Assembly: GCA_964442745.1 (NCBI GenBank) | Contig: CAYUAI010000005.1 | Span: forward strand, 44,426 to 108,425 | Direction: 5' to 3' | From: an uncultured Chromatiales bacterium | Lineage (GTDB): Bacteria; Pseudomonadota; Gammaproteobacteria; S012-40 | DNA length: 64,000 nt | Shown: positions 20,005-28,930 of the stretch, piece by piece | How the letters are laid out: the number at the start of each line of letters is the position of its first letter | Numbering within the stretch: position 1 is the stretch's first letter | Made by a program: the position numbers and the translations under genes | Notes under the pieces: model-generated | Seen by the model: the letters and a program-made list of their open reading frames with translations, nothing else | Databases searched by the model: none | Told to the model about the DNA's origin: nothing

Positions 20005-21312
20005 CTATGAGTACATTTTCCGCCAGCGACTTTTCAAACGGAAAAACAGAGTGGCCAGCTCAACAGACCTCGACGGTTGTTGTTTTGCCATATGATTAGC
20101 GATACTCGACATAAACACTAACAAAAAAATGAGATAGGCTTTCACCATAGCACTGCGCGACAACCAGCCTTCCGTCAAACCAAAAACAGCAAACCCAACA
20201 ACAATAATCAAACCTGAAAGCGAATAAAATCTAAGCGATGCCGTATTGCAAGCGTTCCAAAAAGAATAAAATATATAGAGTGGCACACAAAAAACACATA
20301 CCACTAACACAACCAGACCAAATAACCCTAAGGTAGCCAATGCATCAAAATATACACTATGTGCATGCCGATAGGGTTTGCTTAAATGTGAGATATTATC
20401 CGCAATTAATTCGGCACTATCCCCTGCAAAATCACCCAATCCTGTCCCAAAGATGGGGGATGCTTTCCAAATAGCGATACTGTCATTCCACATATTCATT
20501 CGTTCCCCCCACGATGATATGTGACTCGGATCTTCCAGGTGGGCTTTGAGTTCTTCAATTCCAATATTAATGTGCCGTTGCACCGGATTATTTAAACCCA
20601 CGGCTAAGCCACCAAAAATAACAACACTCGCGCTGATCGCAAGCAGCCAGTTACGCCGAGAAATACCATGCCGAAACAACCAAAGTAAACCAACCAAAGC
20701 AATCGGAAGCAACAGCCATGAGCCCCTAGTTTGCGATAACACACTGGCATATACAGCACTACAAACAGCGGCTATGCCAATCAAATAACACCACATTGGC
20801 TTTTCAAGGGTCAGCATCGCCGCGACGATAATCAACGCCAAAATCATCGCGATATCCCCAAAAATTATTTTGTGGTAGGCCCCTTCGGCGTAATCAGCCG
20901 TCAGCACATTAATTTCATAAAGTGCCTGTGCTAACAACACAAAACCCGCCACAACAGCCCCCAGCAAAAGCGTTTTCCCAGTCTCAATTTTTAATTCACG
21001 AAACAAAAGATAGATGGGAATGCAAAGTGGAAAGTATAAAAAACGCTCTAATTTGCTCACCCCTTCATGAAGGTTTTCCGTATTGATCAAAGAAATGCCA
21101 GCCATCAAGAATAAAAGTATAAACCCGAACAATAAATGCTTTTCCCATTTGTGCAAATTTTTCCAGGCCGGCCATCCCCAAATCACACCCAATACAATCA
21201 AAATGACAGCAATAATGCCCCCACTATTTTTCACTGTTGCCACAACAATGGGAAAGCAAAAGATTGAAATATGCACAATAAAATCTTTATAGTCAGGTAA
21301 TCGCTTTTTCAT
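20005..21312 (-). CDS. waaL: O-antigen ligase
   Basis: Multi-TM protein; SQTRGSW, SWGERMNMW, PIFGTG, HAHSVYF. Confidence 0.88.
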   Translation of the reverse strand: MKKRLPDYKDFIVHISIFCFPIVVATVKNSGGIIAVILIVLGVIWGWPAWKNLHKWEKHLLFGFILLFLMAGISLINTENLHEGVSKLERFLYFPLCIPIYLLFRELKIETGKTLLLGAVVAGFVLLAQALYEINVLTADYAEGAYHKIIFGDIAMILALIIVAAMLTLEKPMWCYLIGIAAVCSAVYASVLSQTRGSWLLLPIALVGLLWLFRHGISRRNWLLAISASVVIFGGLAVGLNNPVQRHINIGIEELKAHLEDPSHISSWGERMNMWNDSIAIWKASPIFGTGLGDFAGDSAELIADNISHLSKPYRHAHSVYFDALATLGLFGLVVLVVCVFCVPLYIFYSFWNACNTASLRFYSLSGLIIVVGFAVFGLTEGWLSRSAMVKAYLIFLLVFMSSIANHMAKQQPSRSVELATLFFRLKSRWRKMYS

Positions 21313-21517
21313 ATTTTAATGGGCTACTGAATATTACGTAAATAATGGCAAGTGGATGAATCGGTTATCGCCGATTATAAAGTTTAATCAGCTAAAGTAG
21401 AAGTGTTTAAATAATGCCTGAACCGGCATACGGCATTCAGTAATAGATACCCCATCCAAGGATAGCGTGCAGCGTATAATCCGCCACCTAGACAGAAAAG
21501 ATCAAATATTCAGCCCC

Positions 21518-22219
21518 TTATCTTTTAATAAAACATAGATCCCAAACCTTGTGGCCTAATCGTTGGCCACGGCGTTCAAATTTGGTCAGTGGTCGTATGG
21601 CAGGACGTGGCGTATAAGTTTGATCAGCGGCGGTATTATTTAGTTGAGGTGTATTGGATAACACATTGAGCATGTGCTCGGCATAGTTTTGCCAGTCGGT
21701 CGCCAAGCGAACTAAGCCATGCGTTTTGAGTTTTTGGGTGAGCAGCGTGGTAAATTCCGGCTGGATAAGGCGTCTTTTGTGATGGCGTCTTTTGTGCCAA
21801 GGGTCTGGGAAAAAGATATTAAACGTATCGATGCTGCCATCAGGAATTTGATAATTTAATATCTCGACGGCGTCATGCTGGATAGCGCGAATATTGTGCG
21901 ACGCGTGTTGATTGGCTTGGTCAAGGGTGTGGCCGACGCCCGGTCCATAGACTTCGATACCGAGGAAATCTTCATCAGGTGCGGTGTTGGCCATGGCCAA
22001 TAAGGCGTCACCCATGCCGAAGCCAATTTCTATATTTTTAGGGGCTGATCGACCAAAAAGATCATTTAGGTCTAGCGGAAATTGACTAAACTCAACGCCA
22101 TATTTTGGCCATAATTGGCTGATGGCGGTTTTTTGATGATTGGTCATGCGACCTTGGCGGCGCACAAAACTTCGAATCGTTCGGTGTGGGCGCACTCGCA
22201 TGATATTATTCAAAGCCAA
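21518..22219 (-). CDS. trmB: tRNA (guanine-N7)-methyltransferase
   Basis: IRSFVRRQGRMT, EIGFGMG, FFPDPWHK, ATDWQNYA, TKFERRG. Confidence 0.96.
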   Translation of the reverse strand: MALNNIMRVRPHRTIRSFVRRQGRMTNHQKTAISQLWPKYGVEFSQFPLDLNDLFGRSAPKNIEIGFGMGDALLAMANTAPDEDFLGIEVYGPGVGHTLDQANQHASHNIRAIQHDAVEILNYQIPDGSIDTFNIFFPDPWHKRRHHKRRLIQPEFTTLLTQKLKTHGLVRLATDWQNYAEHMLNVLSNTPQLNNTAADQTYTPRPAIRPLTKFERRGQRLGHKVWDLCFIKR

Positions 22220-22224
22220 CTCGA

Positions 22225-23031
22225 TTAAAAGAAAATACCGTCAATGGGAGACGAGGCGGTGGCATAAGGTTTTTTGGGAATGCGGCCGGCTAAGTAGGCC
22301 TCGCGTCCCGCTTCAATGGCTTTTTTCATGGCAGAAGCCATGAGCACCGGGTTTTTGGCCCCGGCAATGGCGGTGTTCATTAATACCCCATCGCAACCTA
22401 ACTCCATGGCAATGGCGGCATCAGAGGCCGTGCCGACGCCAGCGTCAACTAAAATGGGGACGTTGGCATTTTCTACAATGGTACGAATATTATATGGGTT
22501 GCGAATCCCCAAGCCAGAGCCAATGGGGGCGGCCAGTGGCATCACGGCCACACAGCCCATTTCCTCAAAGCGTTTCGCGGCGATGGGGTCATCGTTAGTG
22601 TAAACCATGACGTCAAAACCGTCTTTGATTAATATTTCTGCGGCCGTTAGGGTTTGTTGGATGTCCGGATAGAGGGTTCTTTCATCGCCAAGGACTTCGA
22701 GTTTGACTAATTTATGTCCGTCCAGCAATTCTCGTGCAAGTTGGCAGGTGCGTACTGCCTCATCGACGGTGTAACACATGGCCGTGTTTGGCAGCAGTGT
22801 ATACTGTGAGGCAGGGATGGCTTCAAGTAAGTTGGGTTCGTTGTGGTGTTGGCCGATGTTGCTACGGCGGATCGCCACAGTGACGATTTGGGCGCCGCTG
22901 GCTTCAGTGGCCAGGCGTGTTTCTTCTAGGTCTTGGTACTTACCTGTGCCTACAAGTAGGCGTGAGCGATAGGTTTTCCCGGCCAAAGTAAAACTGTTTT
23001 TGGATTGAATTGTTGTCGTATCTGGTATCAT
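22225..23031 (-). CDS. thiG: Thiazole synthase
   Basis: [46 protein letters not shown]. Confidence 0.97.
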   Translation of the reverse strand: MIPDTTTIQSKNSFTLAGKTYRSRLLVGTGKYQDLEETRLATEASGAQIVTVAIRRSNIGQHHNEPNLLEAIPASQYTLLPNTAMCYTVDEAVRTCQLARELLDGHKLVKLEVLGDERTLYPDIQQTLTAAEILIKDGFDVMVYTNDDPIAAKRFEEMGCVAVMPLAAPIGSGLGIRNPYNIRTIVENANVPILVDAGVGTASDAAIAMELGCDGVLMNTAIAGAKNPVLMASAMKKAIEAGREAYLAGRIPKKPYATASSPIDGIFF

Positions 23032-23064
23032 GCTAATTAAGCTGGTTATAAAAAAGGTATCGAG

Positions 23065-23286
23065 CTAAGGGGATGTCATGGTTGAGCCGCCGCCAATGGC
23101 GCGTACGATTTCTACCTGATCCCCCGCGGTAAAAGTGAACTGGTCATAGCGGCTGCGAGGAATGACTTGCCGATTGACTTCCATGGCAATGCGCTGCTCG
23201 TGCAACCCGAGTAAATGGGTGAGTTCTAATGCCGTACATTGCGGTGCAATGCGCTTTTTTTCTCCGTTGAGTATAATTTCTAACAT
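23065..23286 (-). CDS. thiS: Sulfur carrier protein (short extension after the GG motif)
   Basis: ILNGE, IAMEVN, GDQVEIVRAIGGG. Confidence 0.93.
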   Translation of the reverse strand: MLEIILNGEKKRIAPQCTALELTHLLGLHEQRIAMEVNRQVIPRSRYDQFTFTAGDQVEIVRAIGGGSTMTSP

Positions 23287-23336
23287 ATATTAATGGATGG
23301 CGTTCATTTAGATGATGAGAGTGGCCAAACAGTTTT

Positions 23337-23435
23337 TTAGCTAATCAGCCCAGTTTGAAATAATAATAACCCGATGCTAATGAAGGCTGATGTCGCCAAA
23401 ATCCCTAGTATAAGTAAGGCAAGTACGAGTTTCAT
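23337..23435 (-). CDS. Putative 32-aa single-pass membrane microprotein (below the ORF-track cutoff)
   Basis: AGGA RBS then MKLVLALLILGILATSAFISIGLLLFQTGLIS*; co-oriented between the upstream ORF and thiS. Confidence 0.5.
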   Translation of the reverse strand: MKLVLALLILGILATSAFISIGLLLFQTGLIS

Positions 23436-23470
23436 ACGATTATCCTGTTGTTCGCTAAGCCAACCGCCGG

Positions 23471-23893
23471 TTAGCTTGGGTTAGATTCTGTCAATTGTAA
23501 TGATGCATTACACGCTGGGCAATAGGTCCATTTTGGAAGTTTGTCATTCGCTTCTAAGTGAATCGTTGTTCCTGCTTTGTGTTGTGGACATAAGCCGATC
23601 ACTTTTTCTTTGGCATCCATTTGCTTGTATTTAGAGAGGCCAATCATTGGGCCGGCGATCAAAAAAGCGGGCACTAAGAAAAAATGAGCAATGGGAATAA
23701 AGAGCGTAATACTTGCTAGTACCCAGCAGCCAAGCCAGCTAAGGGTTGCCCGTTTTATACGATCGCTATGATTATACGCTGTTACATGGAGCGTACCTTC
23801 CGTTGTTCCATGGTCATTGCTCTCAATATTGACGCTTAGCTCTTTTTTGGTTGCCATGATATTGTCCGAACTTAGTTGGTTTTCGCTTACCAT
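23471..23893 (-). CDS. Hypothetical two-TM protein with a C-terminal Zn-ribbon-like motif
   Basis: Hydrophobic hairpin FIPIAHFFLVP; CPQH...CPAC. Confidence 0.6.
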   Translation of the reverse strand: MVSENQLSSDNIMATKKELSVNIESNDHGTTEGTLHVTAYNHSDRIKRATLSWLGCWVLASITLFIPIAHFFLVPAFLIAGPMIGLSKYKQMDAKEKVIGLCPQHKAGTTIHLEANDKLPKWTYCPACNASLQLTESNPS

Positions 23894-23944
23894 GATTAGG
23901 CGAGGCCGATTAGACTAACATGGGGCCATTGACAACAGCAAATA

Positions 23945-25048
23945 ATGATGAAAAAACCTAAGATTAAAACAGTGAATGAGATCTCTGAGACACCAATATT
24001 ACCGGCTGAAGACTTTCAACAGTGGGTTTTAACCTGGTACCAAATTCATGGGCGTAAGACACTGCCTTGGAAGGCAAAAGGTAATTTATATATTGTTTGG
24101 GTTTCTGAGATTATGTTGCAACAAACCCAGGTGGCGACAGTGATACCGTATTTTGAACGTTTTATACAGCATTTTCCGGATGTTAAAGCATTGGCAAGGG
24201 CTTCGGTTGATGAGGTGCTGCACTTGTGGTCTGGGCTAGGTTATTATTCGCGCGCGCGCAATTTATACAAAGCCGCGCAAATTATTGATCAAGACTACGC
24301 CGGAGGTATGCCAACCGAGTATGATCAGTGGCTCGCCTTGCCTGGGATTGGGCGTTCCACGGCGGGGGCCATTTTGGCACAAGCGATTGGGCATCGCCAC
24401 GCCATTTTGGATGGTAATGTCAAGCGCGTGTTATGTCGTTTGCATCGCATTACGGAATGGCCAGGCGCGACCGCGACCGAAAAAAAATTATGGCAGTTGG
24501 CTGAATACTACACACCCTCAAAACAAGTCGCTGATTACACCCAGGCGATGATGGATCTAGGGGCCACACTTTGCAAGCGTGGTCGTCCGCTTTGTGGTGA
24601 GTGTCCGTTTCAAAAGGTCTGCTTAGCTTACCGATTTGCCGAACAAGCGATGATTCCTCAATCGCGTGCGCGTAAATCATTGCCTGTTAGGCAAGTCACG
24701 ATGTTATTGTTGTGTAATGCGCAAAACGAAATTTTGCTTCAAAAAAGACCACCCGTAGGGATATGGGGTGGGCTTTGGAGTTTGTTGGAATGTCCAGCCG
24801 AGCAAGATGTGATGGATTGGTGTCAAAAAAATTTACCGTATACGGTGTTGCCGGAACAAACTTGGCCAATCGTGCGCCATACTTTTAGTCATTTTCACTT
24901 AGATATTACGCCGGTACTCATGAAAACTAAAAACCATACTTTACAAGTGATGGAAGACAATACCACCATTTGGTATAACACGGCTAAACCGGATCGCCTG
25001 GGCTTACCGACGCCGGTGCAACGGTTATTAACGCGTCTACAAAAGTAG
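23945..25048 (+). CDS. mutY: A/G-specific adenine glycosylase
   Basis: WVSEIMLQQTQV, WSGLGYYSRARN, LPGIGRSTAGAI, DGNVKRV, Fe-S motif C..RGRPLCGECP...C, HTFSHF. Confidence 0.97.
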   Translation: MMKKPKIKTVNEISETPILPAEDFQQWVLTWYQIHGRKTLPWKAKGNLYIVWVSEIMLQQTQVATVIPYFERFIQHFPDVKALARASVDEVLHLWSGLGYYSRARNLYKAAQIIDQDYAGGMPTEYDQWLALPGIGRSTAGAILAQAIGHRHAILDGNVKRVLCRLHRITEWPGATATEKKLWQLAEYYTPSKQVADYTQAMMDLGATLCKRGRPLCGECPFQKVCLAYRFAEQAMIPQSRARKSLPVRQVTMLLLCNAQNEILLQKRPPVGIWGGLWSLLECPAEQDVMDWCQKNLPYTVLPEQTWPIVRHTFSHFHLDITPVLMKTKNHTLQVMEDNTTIWYNTAKPDRLGLPTPVQRLLTRLQK

Positions 25049-25110
25049 ACACTTGAATTCATCAAACTAAACCCCTGATGAAATTTAAGCCACAATATTA
25101 GGAGTGTAAA

Positions 25111-25386
25111 ATGTCTCGAATGGTACAGTGTATTAAATTGGGTAAAGAAGCCGAAGGCTTGGATCGTCCGACATATCCAGGGGAATTGGGTAAAAAAATC
25201 TTTGAAGATGTGTCAAAGGAAGCTTGGCAAATGTGGATGGGCCAGCAGACCATACTGATGAATGAGTACCGTTTGAGTCCTATCGATCCTAAAGCAAGAA
25301 AATTTATTGAAGAGCAAATGGAGAGCTTCTTTTTTGGTAATGGAGGACAAGTACCCGAAGGCTTTGTCCCCCCGGAAAATAATTAG
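25111..25386 (+). CDS. yggX: Fe(II)-trafficking / oxidative damage protection protein
   Basis: [30 protein letters not shown]; canonical position after mutY. Confidence 0.95.
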   Translation: MSRMVQCIKLGKEAEGLDRPTYPGELGKKIFEDVSKEAWQMWMGQQTILMNEYRLSPIDPKARKFIEEQMESFFFGNGGQVPEGFVPPENN

Positions 25387-25511
25387 TTAGCTTCCATATC
25401 GTGACCTGGTTTTCTTAGTCTTCGAGGGGGGGGGGAGGGGAAGCCAGGTGACAAATTTACATCGATTTGTTTGTTTATCAAGCAATCTAACAGCTTTCTA
25501 TAAGGAAATAC

Positions 25512-25540
25512 TTGACTTAAAGGCTGGCTAACGGTTTAAT
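25512..25540 (+). promoter_or_regulatory. sigma70 promoter of tRNA-Phe
   Basis: TTGACT-17 bp-TTTAAT ending 14 nt upstream of the tRNA. Confidence 0.75.
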
Positions 25541-25554
25541 TCGCACTCCTCGAT

Positions 25555-25630
25555 GGCCAGGTAGCTCAGTCGGTAGAGCAGGGGACTGAAAATCCCCGTG
25601 TCGGCAGTTCGATTCTGTCCCTGGCCACCA
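25555..25630 (+). tRNA. tRNA-Phe(GAA)
   Basis: GGCCAGG/CCTGGCC acceptor stem, GGGGA-CTGAAAA-TCCCC anticodon arm, GTTCGATTC T-loop, encoded CCA; 76 nt. Confidence 0.98.
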
Positions 25631-25637
25631 TGACGCG

Positions 25638-25774
25638 TATATCCAGCCCAGCCCTCCGCGATCATTTTCATCGCCCTTCTTCTGTTGAAAAATCCTCCCA
25701 ATGGTTCCCATCAGATTGGTCAAACCTAAGCGAATTCTGGGCGCGAGAATCCTATTTTATGGTCGTGCTGAGTA
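25638..25774 (-). mobile_element. MITE family A, degenerate reverse-oriented copy
   Basis: ccatcagattggtcaaacctaagcgaattctgggcgcgagaatcctattttatggtcgtgctgagta aligns with the reverse complement of 60342-60410. Confidence 0.7.
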
Positions 25775-25907
25775 TTAATTATTAGTAATCGCTTTGCAGA
25801 TGTATTAGACACTAAGAAAGAATTCCAGCCAAGGCCGGCCACCGGTGATTTGAGCGGAGTAATGAGGAGGGGGGCGGTATATCAGTGGAAGGCAATGTTG
25901 ATAAGAC

Positions 25908-25947
25908 AAAAAAAACGGTTCGCTAGATTTAGCGAACCGTTTTTTTT
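25908..25947. terminator. Bidirectional intrinsic terminator
   Basis: A8-CGGTTCGCTA-gatt-TAGCGAACCG-T8. Confidence 0.9.
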
Positions 25948-25970
25948 ATGACAGGAAGTCCTATAAGCAA

Positions 25971-26642
25971 TTATTTAGCTTTACGACGACCCAGTCTCAA
26001 TGCAAGTAAACCACCCGCCATCAGCGCTAAAGAAGCCGGCTCTGGAACTGTTACAGGAGGAGCGATAGGAGCGAGGTCACCTGTTGTCTCTAATGAATCC
26101 AGCGTTAAGTCAGATGCAATGCCACCTACAATTTGCAAAGAAATTAAATCTACCGAGGTAAAGTCAATGCCTGCAAAACTGGAGAACGCCACGGATTCAG
26201 TGCCTGCCCCTGCCCCTGAAAAAGTGAAGGAATCTGCCCCGCCGAGTGTATCTTCAACACTAAGAATCAGGTCAATATCACCTTGGTCAATGCTTAAGAT
26301 ATCGAAACTGAAAACATTATTAATCAAACCTTCAATCAGATCCATGCCACCGAGGCCTGCACCGTTAGCATTCCAGGTAATGGTGCTGGTGGCGCTGGTT
26401 AATGCGTCTGCACTGTGGCTGAAGATACCTGGTGGCGTGATAACAGCCGCTGATGCACCCAGACTACCGGTCTTTACGATATCAACAGTACGGTAGCCAC
26501 CAATACCGCTAATAGCCGTTATGTCAGTGCCCGGCGCATCAACCAATTGTGCTCCATCATCAAAATTATCGATCAAAATAGCTTGTGCGCTTCCCATGGA
26601 AAAAGTAGCGACCAAGGCCAAACCCAGTAGTTTTTTATTCAT
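25971..26642 (-). CDS. PEP-CTERM sorting-domain surface protein
   Basis: Signal peptide ending AQA; Ser/Thr/Gly/Asp-rich body; VPEPASLALMAGGLLALRLGRRKAK C-terminus. Confidence 0.93.
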   Translation of the reverse strand: MNKKLLGLALVATFSMGSAQAILIDNFDDGAQLVDAPGTDITAISGIGGYRTVDIVKTGSLGASAAVITPPGIFSHSADALTSATSTITWNANGAGLGGMDLIEGLINNVFSFDILSIDQGDIDLILSVEDTLGGADSFTFSGAGAGTESVAFSSFAGIDFTSVDLISLQIVGGIASDLTLDSLETTGDLAPIAPPVTVPEPASLALMAGGLLALRLGRRKAK

Positions 26643-26792
26643 TAGTATGGAACCCTCACTATGTCTTAAGATTAATTAAAAATTGTTCATTTTCTACAGC
26701 TGCTACCATAGGTGCGATCATGAAAATCACTTTAAAAGCAATTGTTTATGCAAAGCTAATGAAGCTTAGGTTATGGCAGCAAGCCATGAGAA

Positions 26793-26808
26793 TGCAATTA
26801 TAATGCCA
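26793..26808 (-). promoter_or_regulatory. sigma54 -24/-12 promoter for the PEP-CTERM gene
   Basis: Minus strand TGGCATTATAATTGCA (GG-N10-GC). Confidence 0.75.
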
Positions 26809-26881
26809 TAATTTATTTATTGCGTCTTTTCAAGTAATTAGTGCCATATACAAATAAGCTTAAATCACCATTAACTGGAAC

Positions 26882-26898
26882 CGTAAAATTTTTCGACA
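26882..26898. promoter_or_regulatory. Putative upstream enhancer site (PrsR-type) for the sigma54 promoter
   Basis: CGTAAAATTTTTCGACA about 75-90 bp upstream of the sigma54 site; IHF-like TTTCAAGTAATTA (26828-26840) lies between them. Confidence 0.55.
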
Positions 26899-26949
26899 AA
26901 ACCAACATCCGATACAATCGAATAGCAACGCATAATCAACAAAAATCTG

Positions 26950-26991
26950 ATGATACTTGGCCCCATAAATAAGGGTATTGATAGGTATCAA
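26950..26991 (-). promoter_or_regulatory. FNR/CRP-family box with class II promoter geometry
   Basis: Perfect TTGAT-AGGT-ATCAA at 26978-26991; minus-strand -10 TATCAT at 26955-26950 places the box centre near -41.5. Confidence 0.6.
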
Positions 26992-27538
26992 TCGATAGGT
27001 TGATTAATGGACGTTCCATGTTGCGAAGCATACCTGTATTTGTCGCATAATAATAGAGGTAAGATGCCTGATTTTCATGCAAACAAACTATCCGGCGAGG
27101 TTGGTAAATGGCTTTTATTTGATAAGCTGATCACTCAACGTCCTAATCCCTGGATGAAACATAGACAGCCATCGTTGGATGTTGATTGATGCGGGCAACT
27201 CTTTTAAAGTGGACAGCTTGCTTGTCAAAGCAAGGCTTATGTTTATGATATACTTGAACCGGTTAGAAATTGCTTGTTTGCAGGTGCTGTGTATGGTTGC
27301 TTTGGCGATTTGTTTTCAATTTGGCCCATGGCTTATCGAAAAATCTTCGGCGCTGTTAAAACCGATATTGGGCAGTCTATTTTTTGAGAGGGTGCCCAAT
27401 ATCGGTTTTAAGTAAAATCAATTAAGGCGGTGGGTGATTGGTTCTTAATGTCTATTTATTACACTACAATGAACTCGGTCCCTGTGCTTGCAGAGCATTA
27501 GGGCTGGTTATTAATATATTCAAGGAAAATGAATAAAC

Positions 27539-28870
27539 ATGTCAGTTGATAATGCGAATTCAAATTTGCCAGCAATAGATACATTAATGGGCTGGCGTGA
27601 AAAGATTATTGAACCAGCGGCTAAGATGTTGCGTGTCGAACTAAGTCCTCGTTCGGTGATGACTAGCGTTCCCACCGTGCTGTTGCTGGGCAATCATAGT
27701 TCAGGAAAATCAAGTTTAATTAATCATTTGTTAGGTGAGCCATTGCAGCGAACCGGGGTGGCGCCGACGGATGATTCATTCACCATCTTAATGTATGGCG
27801 ATGAAGACCGTCGTATTGATGGCCAAACCTTGGTTGGAAGTAGTCAATTACCTTATAAAGAACTAGAGCAATTTGGTCCGCAATTTTTACAGCATATCGA
27901 AGGGCGTACGCTAAAAAGAGATGTGTTGCAAAAAGTCACGATTATTGATAGCCCTGGCATGATTGATTCGGCGAATCGATCGTTAGAGCGGCCTTATAAC
28001 TACATTGAAGTGGTCAAATGGTTGGCAGAACGATGTGATTTAGTGTTCTTGTTATTTGATCCTGATAAGCCAGGTACCACGGGTGAAACGCTCAACGTAT
28101 TGTCGAAAGCGATCTCGGAGATTGATTGCAATCTGCGTATTATCATGAACAAAATGGACTTATTTGATAATTTAAGAGATTTTTCTCGAACCTATGGCGC
28201 ACTGTGTTGGAATTTATCGCGCAGTTTAAAAACCAAAGATTTGCCTTATGTCTATACCACGGTGATACCTGAATTGGTGACGCCTAGAGAGAATTCTTTA
28301 CCGTTAGATGATTTTGTTCAGGCGCTTAATGAATTAAAACAATATATCACTGAATTGCCGAAATATCGCAGTGATTTTGTGATCAATCATACCTTGGAAG
28401 AGACCACGGATTTATATATTCGAGCAAAATTATTGTCCCATGTTAACAAATCGGTGAAAAAGCGTAAGTGGTTAGGGTATTCGATTGTATGGACCTTGGT
28501 GGCTTTATTGGGTTATTACGCGTTTACCTTATTCGGTTCGGCGGATATGATGACAGCGTTATTTTTTGCGGCCATTGCGGTTGTCGTATTTGTGCTAGGG
28601 TCATGGATAGTCAATAAACTCGCCGGATTTTTTAAACGTTATTATGCGAATGATCTGGAATCTATTTTTCGCAAGTTATTTCGCATAGAAATCGCTGAGC
28701 GTGACAATGAAGACCATTTGCTGGCTTGTTTTTATCGGGTTAAACCCAAGATCATGCGAACTTTGCGCTTACTTGACTTAAGCGACATAAAAGTGCTGAG
28801 CAGCTCGCAAACTTCGTTGCTCCAGCGATTAATTGAGAAGGATATTCCAAAATTAAGACAAGATATTTAG
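27539..28870 (+). CDS. Dynamin-superfamily ATPase/GTPase, EHD-like, with two C-terminal TM helices
   Basis: LLGNHSSGKS, TGVAPTDD, IIDSPG, WLAERCDLVFLLFD, NKMD, YGALCWNL. Confidence 0.85.
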   Translation: MSVDNANSNLPAIDTLMGWREKIIEPAAKMLRVELSPRSVMTSVPTVLLLGNHSSGKSSLINHLLGEPLQRTGVAPTDDSFTILMYGDEDRRIDGQTLVGSSQLPYKELEQFGPQFLQHIEGRTLKRDVLQKVTIIDSPGMIDSANRSLERPYNYIEVVKWLAERCDLVFLLFDPDKPGTTGETLNVLSKAISEIDCNLRIIMNKMDLFDNLRDFSRTYGALCWNLSRSLKTKDLPYVYTTVIPELVTPRENSLPLDDFVQALNELKQYITELPKYRSDFVINHTLEETTDLYIRAKLLSHVNKSVKKRKWLGYSIVWTLVALLGYYAFTLFGSADMMTALFFAAIAVVVFVLGSWIVNKLAGFFKRYYANDLESIFRKLFRIEIAERDNEDHLLACFYRVKPKIMRTLRLLDLSDIKVLSSSQTSLLQRLIEKDIPKLRQDI

Positions 28871-28930
28871 CCGCAAAAAATAAGCATAATTAATTTTATC
28901 TAGAGGCGGGTGCCTCGCCATTATCCTTGG

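Noticed and set aside
25405-25448. G10 run within a weak inverted repeat after yggX
   Set aside because: Intergenic, outside the tRNA promoter spacer; no evident phase-variation target
25948-26496. 182-aa + strand ORF
   Set aside because: Antisense shadow of the PEP-CTERM gene; no RBS or recognisable motif
27007-27415. Two short + ORFs (60 and 78 aa) in the PEP-CTERM/dynamin intergenic region
   Set aside because: No family motif or convincing RBS; the hydrophobic stretch alone is insufficient
25555-28870. Genomic island integrated at tRNA-Phe
   Set aside because: No integrase and no duplicated tRNA 3' end seen downstream; only a MITE follows the tRNA
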